From contig JARIGK010000003.1 in NCBI GenBank assembly GCA_029288895.1, positions 13,868 to 77,867 of the forward strand: a stretch of 64,000 nucleotides of DNA. The letters run 5' to 3'. This DNA is from Candidatus Adlerbacteria bacterium. GTDB taxonomy: Bacteria > Patescibacteriota > Minisyncoccia > Phycocordibacterales > SBAW01. This document shows positions 43,601 to 51,975 of this stretch, one piece after another; position 1 is the first letter of the stretch, and every line of letters begins with the position of its first letter. The translations under genes and the position numbers were made by a program. The notes under the pieces were generated by a model. The model did not search any database and was not told the origin of the DNA. It saw only the letters and a list, made by a program, of their open reading frames with translations.

Positions 43601-44046
43601 TTGTCCATTGTCTTGTACGAATTGTCGAAGTCGACCCAGCGGCCGACGCGGTCGACGTAGCGCTTCCAGTCGTGCACGTACTGCAGCACGAGCGAGCGCG
43701 CTTTTTCGTTAAATGCTTCGATACCGATATCGAGAATATCTTTTTTGGTTTTAAGGCCAAGTGTTTTCTCGACCAAGTTCTCGATCGGGAGGCCGTGCGT
43801 GTCCCAACCCCACACACGAGGCACGCGGTAGCCGCGCATCGTTTTGTAGCGCGGCACGACGTCTTTGATTATTGAAGAAAGCAAAGAGCCCGAGTGCGGC
43901 AAGCCTGTCGCAAACGGTGGCCCATCATAAAAAACAAAGTCGCCTTTGGGGGCCTCCTTTTCAACTGACTTTTCAAATGTCTTATCCTCTTTCCAAAATG
44001 CGAGAACCTTCTCCTCGCGCAGGACTGTCTCGCTCTTTTCTGCCAT
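40693..44046 (-). CDS. ileS: Isoleucyl-tRNA synthetase (type 2, eukaryote-like) with a variant HSGS motif and an inserted histidine-phosphatase domain
   Basis: 1117 aa. GPPFATGLPHSGSLL replaces the IleS2 consensus PPFATGLPHYGHIL. The CP1 editing domain, WTISRNRFWASPLPIW and KMSKSKQNY are all present. A domain of about 190 aa (YFMMRHGEAENN...IVTHECPAWLL) is inserted between the WxISRxR box and the DCWVESGSMPF region (roughly nt 42052-42615). Confidence 0.9.
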   Translation of the reverse strand: MAEKSETVLREEKVLAFWKEDKTFEKSVEKEAPKGDFVFYDGPPFATGLPHSGSLLSSIIKDVVPRYKTMRGYRVPRVWGWDTHGLPIENLVEKTLGLKTKKDILDIGIEAFNEKARSLVLQYVHDWKRYVDRVGRWVDFDNSYKTMDNSYIESIWWALKRLHDKNLMYEGRKVLMYCPHCETPLAKAEIAADNTYKDVTEEAVVARFKVKNPRRFNLPENTYLLAWTTTPWTLPSNVGLAVGNDITYAVVQEGNAHYIEHEDGGDLKGKDLVGIEYEPLFDVPALKGPRSYKVWAADFVSAEDGTGIVHTSVMYGEDDFQLGLREKLPMVQTLESNGHYNHLAPELVRGKYIKQGEKDIKADLEARGLLHTREMYTHSYPHCWRCGTALIYNAVPSWFLNIQKIKSKMLKENDKVTWFPEHLKQGRFRNIVENAPDWTISRNRFWASPLPIWKEKEGKKLMVVGSLEELLSKTKKSGNAYFMMRHGEAENNTKGVFETKGNPDNHLTETGRSVVRATAATLSKEKIDMIVASPLARTQETAKLVLKELGLPDSALMTDERLREIEMGVYDGKAIADWRNAFPSRLERFEKAVEGGETYADVRRRVGEFLFELERRYIGRRILIVTHECPAWLLHEVAHYKTNEDIARERDGVFIEPGMSMPLPFTPFPHNAKFELDLHRPYIDDVVLVDEKGSRYERIPEVLDCWVESGSMPFASMSYPHDKTRVNPERFFGLAPKGYPGDFIAEYIGQTRTWFYYMHAMGVFLFGKRSFKAVTVTGNILAADGSKMSKSKQNYTDPWELMEKWGSDAYRFYLMSSVVMQAEDLNFRDEDVREIHNRVVGTLWNSFKFFELYRDKVSDVDVATSTHPLDRWVLSLLNKTVAESTAAFDAYNMPNACRPIRAFIEQYSTWYVRRSRDRARSDTADAALCVAVQRHVLRTVAQLLAPITPFIAESVWQGIGEEGSVHLSHWPHAGAVDAQLLLDMDIARDAASAGLKARDQAAIKVRQPLAKLSINHALPDELRAIVADEVNVKEVVVDAGLKEVVLDTVLTPELKEEGMVRDIARRIQEWRKEQKLSISDRPTMTLEVSAEEKSVAEKYNATLIAQTGLKALVLEVK

Positions 44047-44084
44047 ATCAGATAAATATAGACGAGCGGCGCCTATAAATAAAG

Positions 44085-45716
44085 CTACATTTCCTGCGGT
44101 GTCGGGATGCCAAGGACATCCAAGCCTTTTGCCAGGGTGTGCTCAATAGCTTGCACAAAGAAGAGTGCGGCATCTGACACTTCCCCATCTACGATCAATC
44201 GCTCCTGCGCGTACCAACTATTGAACGCCGCCGCGAGCTCTGTCAGGTACGTCACCACATGATGTGGCTCAAGCTCGCCTGCGGCGCGCGCAACCGCATC
44301 GGGGAAATGAAGCATCAAACGCGGTAGTTCGATATTTGAGAATTCTTTTTCTACAATCTTTGCCTCCGCGGATTGGCGCAAGAGCGAACGGGTGCGCACA
44401 AGCGCGTATTGCACGTACGGACCCGAGTCGCCTTCAAGCGAAAGAGATTTCTCTGGGTCAAACGAAATATCTTTCCCACTTCCCTGTTTAAGCACGGTGT
44501 ATTTAAGTGCACCTACGGCAACATCTTCGCGGTTGCGCGCAACTTCTGTGACTTCTGCCAACAATGACTCGCCCGTAATGACATTACCCAAACGCGACGA
44601 CATTTTGCCCGTCGTTAACTTCAAGAAGCTCGTTGGGATATGCAGCAAATCTTTGCCGTCGGTCTTGCCGGGGAATAATTTTCGCAACGCATCAAACACA
44701 ATACGGAAAAAGTCAGTTTGTTCTTTGCCGGTAACAGTGATCGATATATCGAAACTTGGGTACGCCTCCGACTTTAGCTGGAAGAGGCCAACTTCTTTTG
44801 CTTCATACGTTGGCAGACCCTGCGAATTTAAAAACACGCGCGTATGTTCGCCTTTGTAGACGACAGCGCCTTCGCTTTCTTCAAATACTTTGCCCACTTC
44901 GCCGCGGACGATGCGCGCACCAAGCGGGCCAGATTCACTTTCAAAAAATTCTTTATCGAACCCTTGCGTGCCGAGGCGCGCCAATAATGCGTGCAAATGC
45001 TTAAGAGATGTCGCGATGCCTTTTTCGCGCAAAGCAGACCATTCAGCATTCGAACCGGCATACAACGCACGGTTTATCTCTTCGATTTTTTCTTTTGCCT
45101 CGCCGCTTTCGTACGCTTCGTTACCAGCAACATAGGCCTTCCCCAGCTGCGCAATATCTTCCGCGTTTAAATTTCCATTCTGCAAACCCCACACGCCTTT
45201 GGCGATGGTAAGGCCGATGTCGGAGGGATAGTTCAAGCGTTTAACATCAGCACCGCTTGCTTCAAACAAGCGCGCAACGCTCTCGCCCACAATGTTGCCC
45301 ACCAAGTTGCCGATATGGAGCGGCTTAAAGAGGTTAGGGCTCGTATATTCCACAAGCACCTTCTTTCCTATGTACAGTTCATTTGTGCCCCACCCTTCCT
45401 CGTGTGCTGCGCGCACGACATCAGCGAGCGCTTCGTTTGAGAGCCAGAAGTTGATAAACCCAGCGCCTGCGATTTCTGTTTTCTCGATACCTTCTATTGT
45501 GCCAAGTGCATTCTGCAACTCTGCTGCAACTTCGCGCGGATTCTTTTTCAAAACTTTTGCCGCAGCCAGCGCCGCATTCGTTGCGTAGTCGCCATGCTCC
45601 ATCGAGCCCGGCCTCTCCACCACAAACGCAATATCACCCGCACCCATCCCCTCGAGCGCATGTTGAATTGCTTTTTCTATCTCATGCCGAACCATACTAT
45701 TCCTTAACAATAACAA
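44085..45716 (-). CDS. argS: Arginyl-tRNA synthetase
   Basis: 543 aa with an ArgRS N-terminal add-on domain and catalytic core. The motif reads ..EYTSPNLFKPLHIGNLVGN.. (HIGN where HVGH is usual), and the C-terminal DALR anticodon-binding domain is present. Confidence 0.88.
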   Translation of the reverse strand: MLLLRNSMVRHEIEKAIQHALEGMGAGDIAFVVERPGSMEHGDYATNAALAAAKVLKKNPREVAAELQNALGTIEGIEKTEIAGAGFINFWLSNEALADVVRAAHEEGWGTNELYIGKKVLVEYTSPNLFKPLHIGNLVGNIVGESVARLFEASGADVKRLNYPSDIGLTIAKGVWGLQNGNLNAEDIAQLGKAYVAGNEAYESGEAKEKIEEINRALYAGSNAEWSALREKGIATSLKHLHALLARLGTQGFDKEFFESESGPLGARIVRGEVGKVFEESEGAVVYKGEHTRVFLNSQGLPTYEAKEVGLFQLKSEAYPSFDISITVTGKEQTDFFRIVFDALRKLFPGKTDGKDLLHIPTSFLKLTTGKMSSRLGNVITGESLLAEVTEVARNREDVAVGALKYTVLKQGSGKDISFDPEKSLSLEGDSGPYVQYALVRTRSLLRQSAEAKIVEKEFSNIELPRLMLHFPDAVARAAGELEPHHVVTYLTELAAAFNSWYAQERLIVDGEVSDAALFFVQAIEHTLAKGLDVLGIPTPQEM

Positions 45717-45771
45717 ACATTTGCAAAGAAAAAACCCGCCGAACCATGTCGATTCGACGGATTACTAAAGC

Positions 45772-46152
45772 TTAGGCGACGAGCTTCGCTTCGGCAGGCT
45801 CTTCGGCCTTCTGCCTAAGGATACGAAACTTGCCGACGAAATTCGGGTGGACCGGCATCTCTTCGGAGTTTGGGCCGATCTCGTCAGCATCCACGCCGAT
45901 CTTCTTGATGAGATAGTGGCTCGAACTAGCCGCGACCACCTCAGAAACAATGACGCGGCCATCCGACAACGTGGCACGAGTCGCCAACACCGTCTCGAAC
46001 AGCAGCGCTTCAACTCCATCGGGGAAGGTCCACACTTCCTCAACTGACCACGTGCGGACTGATTGAGGCGAAAGGTGTTTATCCCGATCATCGCCTCGAA
46101 AAAACCGCGCACGATGATGGAGCGAATTATTAATCTCAACAACAGAGATCAT
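45772..46152 (-). CDS. Hypothetical protein
   Basis: 126-aa ORF with moderately elevated GC (about 57 percent). No recognisable motif. Confidence 0.35.
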   Translation of the reverse strand: MISVVEINNSLHHRARFFRGDDRDKHLSPQSVRTWSVEEVWTFPDGVEALLFETVLATRATLSDGRVIVSEVVAASSSHYLIKKIGVDADEIGPNSEEMPVHPNFVGKFRILRQKAEEPAEAKLVA

Positions 46153-46215
46153 CTTAGCTTTCTCCTATCTAGGACTACCCGCGCTAGTTAAACCAGAGTA
46201 CGGGAAGTTGCGCAA

Positions 46216-47346
46216 CTAGAGTGTTGCGGTTTGTAGGGTTTGTGTAAAACTACCCGTCTGTACGTCGAAGGTGATGTAGCCGATGACTTGGCCTTTGGTG
46301 GTTTCCACAGTGCAGCGCCACTGGCCGTCGGTGAGGATTTGTTTTTCGCTAAAGCCCCGGTAGCCTTCGGCCCGTCCACCGGTGATAGGAAATTGCACAA
46401 TGCCTGTCGTGATCCAATGCTTCGTTGTTGGATAAAAATATTCCCACCGGTGCATGATAGGCGCCGAAAGGCTGCCCGGCGCAAATACCGCACTAAAGCA
46501 GTACGCGGGCTCCCCTGCTGCCGCGTGGTAGGTGTCGCCTGTGTCGCGCCAAAATTCGTACCAATGTTTTTTCTCGTACGTGGCAGTGTAGTCGCCCGCA
46601 TCATCTTTACTGATTGAGTGATAGATGCCCGCCGCTTTCAATGACAGAGGCACAGGCGGAATAACGTTCAAGAAATACAAAAGGTTAAATACAAGGAAGA
46701 CGCCAACGACAATGCCGCGCATCTCCCACAGCTGGCGACGTTTGTTATGGCGCAAGGCAAAAATACGGAGCATCGAGATGACGCCCGCCATCACAGCCAA
46801 GCTCGCAACACCGCTAATGAGAAATGCGCGTATGCCGATGGTGTGCAGCACAAAGGTGGGCACGGCGATAACCAAATATGTGAGCAACAAAAAATAGTAG
46901 ACCGCAATATTAAACCGCAGCTGCGCGTAGCGGTTTTTGAGCATCTCGTTGCCAATGAGGAGGCACACGAGCAACCCTAAAAAGATTGCGGTGCCGCCAA
47001 ACGAACCGCTCTTCCCGTAGAGAATAAGTAAATTGCTGGAAAGGCCGCCAAAACAAAACTGCAGTATAAGCAGCATCAACAGCGGTTCGACTGGCTTCTC
47101 GCCTTCCTTCATCTCGCGTACCGAGTAGCGGTTAAGCACGATGATGATTGCCGCAGACAAAACGAGATAGAACAAGAGCAAGATGTTGTCCGGGATGCTG
47201 TCGGGCCGCTTGGCCAATATAAGATCAAACGTAAAGCCACACAGAAGCGTCAGCACCGACAGATGCCGTTCGTATTTGTTCCAGAATTGGATGAGCCTAT
47301 TCACACATTTATTGTAACAGTCGGAAGGCTGATACTCTTCTCTCAA
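46216..47346 (-). CDS. Hypothetical polytopic membrane protein with a C-terminal soluble domain
   Basis: 376 aa. The N-terminal 250 aa are highly hydrophobic (about 8 TM), followed by a C-terminal globular region of about 120 aa. Confidence 0.5.
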   Translation of the reverse strand: MREEYQPSDCYNKCVNRLIQFWNKYERHLSVLTLLCGFTFDLILAKRPDSIPDNILLLFYLVLSAAIIIVLNRYSVREMKEGEKPVEPLLMLLILQFCFGGLSSNLLILYGKSGSFGGTAIFLGLLVCLLIGNEMLKNRYAQLRFNIAVYYFLLLTYLVIAVPTFVLHTIGIRAFLISGVASLAVMAGVISMLRIFALRHNKRRQLWEMRGIVVGVFLVFNLLYFLNVIPPVPLSLKAAGIYHSISKDDAGDYTATYEKKHWYEFWRDTGDTYHAAAGEPAYCFSAVFAPGSLSAPIMHRWEYFYPTTKHWITTGIVQFPITGGRAEGYRGFSEKQILTDGQWRCTVETTKGQVIGYITFDVQTGSFTQTLQTATL

Positions 47347-47403
47347 AAGAAAAGGCCACCTCCCCCATTCAGGATTGGTGGCCCAATAAAGTGCGGCCGG
47401 CCT

Positions 47404-47892
47404 TCAGGTCTCGACGTGCTCAGGAGCCTCGAACCCGTGGTCCTTCGCGAACTTGGCGAGGTCGGCCTCGACGGGGTCAAGTGTAACTTCAGTGATGATA
47501 CACCGAGCCGGCCCCTTGAAGGGCTTAGGCTTCAGGTCGACGACGTACTCGCCCGACCACCACAAACCTTCCGCTTCTTTGGTGAGACGATACATCGCCG
47601 GGCTGCGGGGCCTTTCACCAGGCTTCTCCACATAGTGCTTGTGGAAAAAGAGCTCATCGGCATCGAGGAATTCGATTTCGTTGAGTTCTGAGTCCCCGAA
47701 GGTATCACTCATACGGCCGACGAGGGAGTTTGACTCCTTATGCCCCGCATGCCAGAACGTTCCAGAAAACATCTCCGGAACTGCTGACCTCTGCTGGAGA
47801 CCACCGTACCCTTGGCAGAAAAACCCTTGAATGAGCCAGAGCTTCTTCATGACGGAATCCTCCTTATCTGGTTCCGTCGGCAAATCTAGCAC
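47404..47892 (-). CDS. Hypothetical protein encoded by a GC-rich gene
   Basis: 162-aa ORF; the start is possibly at MKKLWLIQ (47850). The gene is about 58-60 percent GC with GC-rich third positions. Confidence 0.4.
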   Translation of the reverse strand: MLDLPTEPDKEDSVMKKLWLIQGFFCQGYGGLQQRSAVPEMFSGTFWHAGHKESNSLVGRMSDTFGDSELNEIEFLDADELFFHKHYVEKPGERPRSPAMYRLTKEAEGLWWSGEYVVDLKPKPFKGPARCIITEVTLDPVEADLAKFAKDHGFEAPEHVET

Positions 47893-47931
47893 AACCCTTT
47901 AGAAAAAGGTATGTGTCTTTTTGTTTGGGAT

Positions 47932-49200
47932 TTATACGAACGAATCAGGTACAGGGAACTTCCCGCAGAGGTCTTTGATTTCTTGGCGGATGGCGGTGAG
48001 CTTTGCGTCGTCGGTACGATTGTGGAGCGCGTCGATCATAAGCTCCGCTACGCGTGCACATTCTTTCTCGCCCAATTTGCGCGTGGTGATTGCTGGTGTA
48101 CCAAAGCGGATGCCTGATGGATCCATCGGCGAGCGAGGGTCGTCCGCAATAACGTTTTTGTTAAGCGTGATGCCAACGCGGTCGAGCACTTCTTCTGCAT
48201 CTTTGCCCGTAACGCCCATCGAGCCAAACACATCTGCAAGTATGAGGTGGTTTGATGTGCCGCCGCCAAGCATGCGCACACCCTTTGCGCGGAAGACATC
48301 TTCCATCGCTTTTGCGTTCTTCAAAATCTGCGCCGCGTAGTCTTTAAACAATGGGTGCAATGCCTCACCGAACGCCACAGCCTTTGCCGCAACCACGTGC
48401 ATCAAGGGACCGCCCTGCATCCCTGGGAACACTGCTTTGTCTACCTTCTTTGCAATCTCTTCGCTTTCGCGAGTGAGGATCAAGCCGCCGCGCGGGCCGC
48501 GCAATGTTTTGTGCGTCGTCGAAGTGATGACATCAAAGCCATAGTCAAATGGGTTTTTTGCAACACCACCCGCGATAAGCCCCGCGATATGCGCTGCGTC
48601 CATCACCGCGTATGCGCCAACTTCCTTGGCAATGTCTGCCATCTTTTGGTAGTCCAACTCACGCGAGTAGGCACTGTAGCCGCCAAGCACAATCTTTGGT
48701 TTGGTCTCCAAAGCAACGCGGCGCATTTCGTCGTAATCAATTTCGCCGGTCTCCGGGTTCTTCATCTTGTAGCGGACGAAGTTAAAGAACTTGGTGATGT
48801 AGGTCACCGGGTGGCCGTGTGTGAGGTGCCCGCCATGGCTCAAGTCCATGCCAAGTACGGTGTCGCCCGGCTGGAGCAACGCAAAGTACATGCCGATGTT
48901 CGCCGACGCACCCGAGTGCGGCTGCACGTTTGCAAACGAGGCACCAAATAATTTCTTTGCACGCTCAATCGCAATACGCTCCACCTCGTCGGTATATGGC
49001 TGGCCGCCATAGTAGCGCTTGCCCGGGTAGCCTTCTGAGTATTTGTTGGTGAAGATTGAACCTTGCGCCTCGCGCACTGCTTTTGAGACGTAGTTTTCGG
49101 ATGGGATCAATTCGAGCCCCTCCCTCTCGCGGGTCTCTTCGCCCTCGAGTGTTTTAAATACATCTGCGTCTTGTTGCTTAATGTGGTCGTACGAATCCAT
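47932..49200 (-). CDS. glyA: Serine hydroxymethyltransferase
   Basis: 422 aa with the PLP-lysine motif VITSTTHKTLRGPRGG and the typical SHMT N-terminus. Confidence 0.95.
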   Translation of the reverse strand: MDSYDHIKQQDADVFKTLEGEETREREGLELIPSENYVSKAVREAQGSIFTNKYSEGYPGKRYYGGQPYTDEVERIAIERAKKLFGASFANVQPHSGASANIGMYFALLQPGDTVLGMDLSHGGHLTHGHPVTYITKFFNFVRYKMKNPETGEIDYDEMRRVALETKPKIVLGGYSAYSRELDYQKMADIAKEVGAYAVMDAAHIAGLIAGGVAKNPFDYGFDVITSTTHKTLRGPRGGLILTRESEEIAKKVDKAVFPGMQGGPLMHVVAAKAVAFGEALHPLFKDYAAQILKNAKAMEDVFRAKGVRMLGGGTSNHLILADVFGSMGVTGKDAEEVLDRVGITLNKNVIADDPRSPMDPSGIRFGTPAITTRKLGEKECARVAELMIDALHNRTDDAKLTAIRQEIKDLCGKFPVPDSFV

Positions 49201-49259
49201 AAGATAAAAATCAGTTAGTCAGTAATATTCAACTTTGAAGCAACTTAGATCATATAAAT

Positions 49260-49595
49260 TTATCGGTCGTCTCCTTCGCTATTGAGCATATCGCGCTCTA
49301 ATCTCGACGTAAGCTTCTTAATATTAGCATCTGCAATTTCGTCAAAAGACAAATCTAACTCTCGTGCCAACTGCGATAAGTACCACAGCACATCCCCTAT
49401 TTCTTTCTTAATACCCTCGCGCCTTTCTGGAGTTACAACTCCTTTATCGTCACGGACAAGATGCTTCACTTTCTCTAAAATCTCACCGCTCTCTCCTGCA
49501 ATACCCAAACAAATGAGCATCAAAATATATTCTTTGTCATCTTTCGCAAAGAGAGCAGTTCTCGACGCAAGTTTTTGATACTCATCAAACTCCAT
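49260..49595 (-). CDS. MazG-like nucleoside triphosphate pyrophosphohydrolase (all-alpha NTP-PPase)
   Basis: 111 aa. The MazG core is EFDEYQKLASRTA...GIAGESGEILEKVKH...EIGDVLWYLSQLA. Confidence 0.75.
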   Translation of the reverse strand: MEFDEYQKLASRTALFAKDDKEYILMLICLGIAGESGEILEKVKHLVRDDKGVVTPERREGIKKEIGDVLWYLSQLARELDLSFDEIADANIKKLTSRLERDMLNSEGDDR

Positions 49596-49604
49596 ATAAG
49601 GGGT

Positions 49605-50624
49605 TTATTTCTTCGCTGCAGCTTTTTCATTATAGCCACCAATGTTGGCTATTTCAGCCTTAAGGCTTGGGTGCGATTGGTAATTTTCAAGCGTAATGTC
49701 TTCGTACTTAAAATTATCAACGTGTTTTATGTCTGGATTCAGATGCAATGTCGGGAATGGAAGTGGCTCGCGCGTAAGCTGTTCCTTTACCTGGTCGAAA
49801 TGGTTCGAATACAGATGCACATCACCAAAAGTGTGCACAAACTCGCCTGCTGGTATGCCAACTTCTTGCGCAACCATGTGTAATAGCAGCGCGTAACTTG
49901 CGATGTTAAATGGCACGCCAAGAAACGCATCGCCGGAACGTTGGTACAAGCCAAGATTTAATTTTCCACCCGCAGTTTGGAATTGCATCATAGTGTGGCA
50001 AAACGGTGGCACGTGCGACTTCTGCCCCTCTGATGCCATCTCATAAATGAAATCAGGGTTCCATGCGCTCACAACATAGGACTTGCGGTATGGAGCTTTT
50101 TTAAGACCTTCTATAACCCACGCGAGTTGATCAATTTCTCGACCATCCTTTGCCGGCCATCTGCGCCACATGCGACCGTAGATAGTAATGAGGTCACCCC
50201 ATTTTTGTACAAATGGATCATTGGCAGGAAGTTCCGTAAGCTTCTTTATAAGCTCTTCTTGAGTCATATCTTCCTCTGGAGCATTATCTTTTGCCCACAT
50301 GTGGTAATGCTTCCATGCCCATTCGTCCCAAATATGATTGTTTACATCAAGCAATGGTTTAATATTCGAACTGCCAGAAAGGAACCATAGCAATTCTGTG
50401 ACAATGCCGCGCCAAAAGGTTTTCTTTGTGGTTAAAAGTGGAAATCCTTTCGACATATCGAACCTAATTTGTCGCCCAAATACAGAACGAATAAACGGAG
50501 GCTGTTCTCCTTTCTTTTTGTACTCCTCAAGAACGACATCGTTGAAGAAGAGCTCTTTATCCGAGCCATTATCCAAAATATCCTTCAATAGATCGAGATA
50601 CTGATATTCAGGATGGCGTTCCAT
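49605..50624 (-). CDS. thyA: Thymidylate synthase (ThyA), long form
   Basis: 339 aa with an active-site region containing ..PPCHTMMQFQ.. (the catalytic Cys in PCH) and the folate-binding motifs. It is longer than the E. coli-type 264 aa. Confidence 0.9.
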   Translation of the reverse strand: MERHPEYQYLDLLKDILDNGSDKELFFNDVVLEEYKKKGEQPPFIRSVFGRQIRFDMSKGFPLLTTKKTFWRGIVTELLWFLSGSSNIKPLLDVNNHIWDEWAWKHYHMWAKDNAPEEDMTQEELIKKLTELPANDPFVQKWGDLITIYGRMWRRWPAKDGREIDQLAWVIEGLKKAPYRKSYVVSAWNPDFIYEMASEGQKSHVPPFCHTMMQFQTAGGKLNLGLYQRSGDAFLGVPFNIASYALLLHMVAQEVGIPAGEFVHTFGDVHLYSNHFDQVKEQLTREPLPFPTLHLNPDIKHVDNFKYEDITLENYQSHPSLKAEIANIGGYNEKAAAKK

Positions 50625-50626
50625 AG

Positions 50627-51196
50627 TTATTTCTTCTTAGATTTAGTAACCGGCTTCTTTTTAGCTTCGACGTATCCCTTGAAATTGTCTTTGGAATAGC
50701 GGCCGACTTCTTTGTAATTTTGTCGCGGCGGCGATGTAAGTGGAGAGAACGTCAGCTGTGCCACAGGCATATTCGGGCGCAGCACAATCGGAACATTGTT
50801 AAGGTTGCAGAGTTCAAGCGCCACATTCAGGAAGTGCCCTGGGTTAATAAGCGCCGCAGAGTTGTGCACAAGAAGGCCAATACGAGCGAGCGAGCTTTTA
50901 CCGTTTACTTCAATGAGGTGCGTATCGGAACCAAAATAATCTTTTGAGTATCCAAGGATGCTGACACCCGGGTGCAACACATATACCTCATCGTCTTTAA
51001 GTTTTATCTCTCTCATTTTTGGGTAAATCTTCTTGACCGGGTCAATGAAGCTCGACGAATGTGATTCGGTGATAAAAAACGTATTCCCAAGCAAAATGTC
51101 GTAGCTCGCTGGCTGCAAACGAGACTCATCAAACGGCTTCAGGACAATCTCCCCTGCCTTTACTGCTTTTATAATGTCGACGTCAGAAAGAAACAT
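50627..51196 (-). CDS. dcd: dCTP deaminase
   Basis: 189 aa. MFLSDVDIIKAVKAGEIVLKPFDESRLQPASYDILLG.. and ..GKSSLARIGLLVHNSAALINPGH are typical of Dcd/dUTPase-fold enzymes. Confidence 0.85.
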   Translation of the reverse strand: MFLSDVDIIKAVKAGEIVLKPFDESRLQPASYDILLGNTFFITESHSSSFIDPVKKIYPKMREIKLKDDEVYVLHPGVSILGYSKDYFGSDTHLIEVNGKSSLARIGLLVHNSAALINPGHFLNVALELCNLNNVPIVLRPNMPVAQLTFSPLTSPPRQNYKEVGRYSKDNFKGYVEAKKKPVTKSKKK

Positions 51197-51207
51197 ACAG
51201 AAAATAA

Positions 51208-51882
51208 TTATTGAATAGTAAAAATCTTATCCGTTCCGTAATACTCTGGCCAATGTTCGTTATAAAACGAAAACATTCGCTCCAGTCTATCTTGCGGCAA
51301 CTCTTCTACCCCGCACTCGCGCATTACGGCATCTATCTCTGCGCGAGCAGGTGCGAGTTCTGAATCGTTTTGAACCACCTTCTCAAACTCTGCAAGCCAA
51401 CCATAGCCAGCATTTCGATCAAGGCACACATTTAACCCCTTGAACGAATACTCTTCTCGTTCGCGCGACCATTTCGCTTGGTAGCGAAACCCCGCATTAA
51501 TAAGCAAGCGGTCGAGCTGCTCTAACGTAATATCAACCTTCTCTTCAAATTCAATTCTGCTCACACCGTTTGAACTTGTGTCGTCACCGACAGATGCTTT
51601 TACAACCAAAATAACTTCCCCGTCTTTGTTGCGCGTTCGAACTGAAACACTTGTTACTTTGCTGACCAAATCAGAAAGTTTTGCATGTGCTGCATTAGAA
51701 ATAGTTCCTTTCGATGCATGAACAAGAGCGTCCATAGAACCACCAATAAAATAATGATTGAGTTGTTTATTTTTGGAAGTGAGATGCGAATCTGAATCCA
51801 ATTCCCGCATTTTAGTTCGCAACAATTCTGCGTTTTCCTCGCTTCCCAAAAGCGACTTAACTTCTACCTCATACGTCTGCAT
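51208..51882 (-). CDS. CYTH-domain protein (CyaB / thiamine-triphosphatase-like); the start is re-assigned from the ORF track
   Basis: MQTYEVEVKSLLG... carries the signature ExExK CYTH motif at the N-terminus. The track ORF 51208..52230 extends 116 codons upstream and overlaps folA on the opposite strand, so it is over-called. Confidence 0.6.
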   Translation of the reverse strand: MQTYEVEVKSLLGSEENAELLRTKMRELDSDSHLTSKNKQLNHYFIGGSMDALVHASKGTISNAAHAKLSDLVSKVTSVSVRTRNKDGEVILVVKASVGDDTSSNGVSRIEFEEKVDITLEQLDRLLINAGFRYQAKWSREREEYSFKGLNVCLDRNAGYGWLAEFEKVVQNDSELAPARAEIDAVMRECGVEELPQDRLERMFSFYNEHWPEYYGTDKIFTIQ

Positions 51883-51975
51883 GGGCTTAGTGTACCTTGT
51901 GCGGGGCAAGCGCCAAAATCCACATTCTATCCACAGATTAGGGCCTATTTTTGGCCTCCGTGCTATAGTCCGGCT

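Noticed and set aside
26160-47900. The possibility that the GC-rich singleton genes are contaminant contigs mis-joined into this scaffold
   Set aside because: This is not rejected outright. Each GC-rich ORF is flanked on both sides within a few tens of bp by native-composition terminators and genes, and there is no composition step extending beyond a single gene. That pattern is more consistent with gene-sized insertions than with contig-scale chimerism, but read-level evidence is needed.
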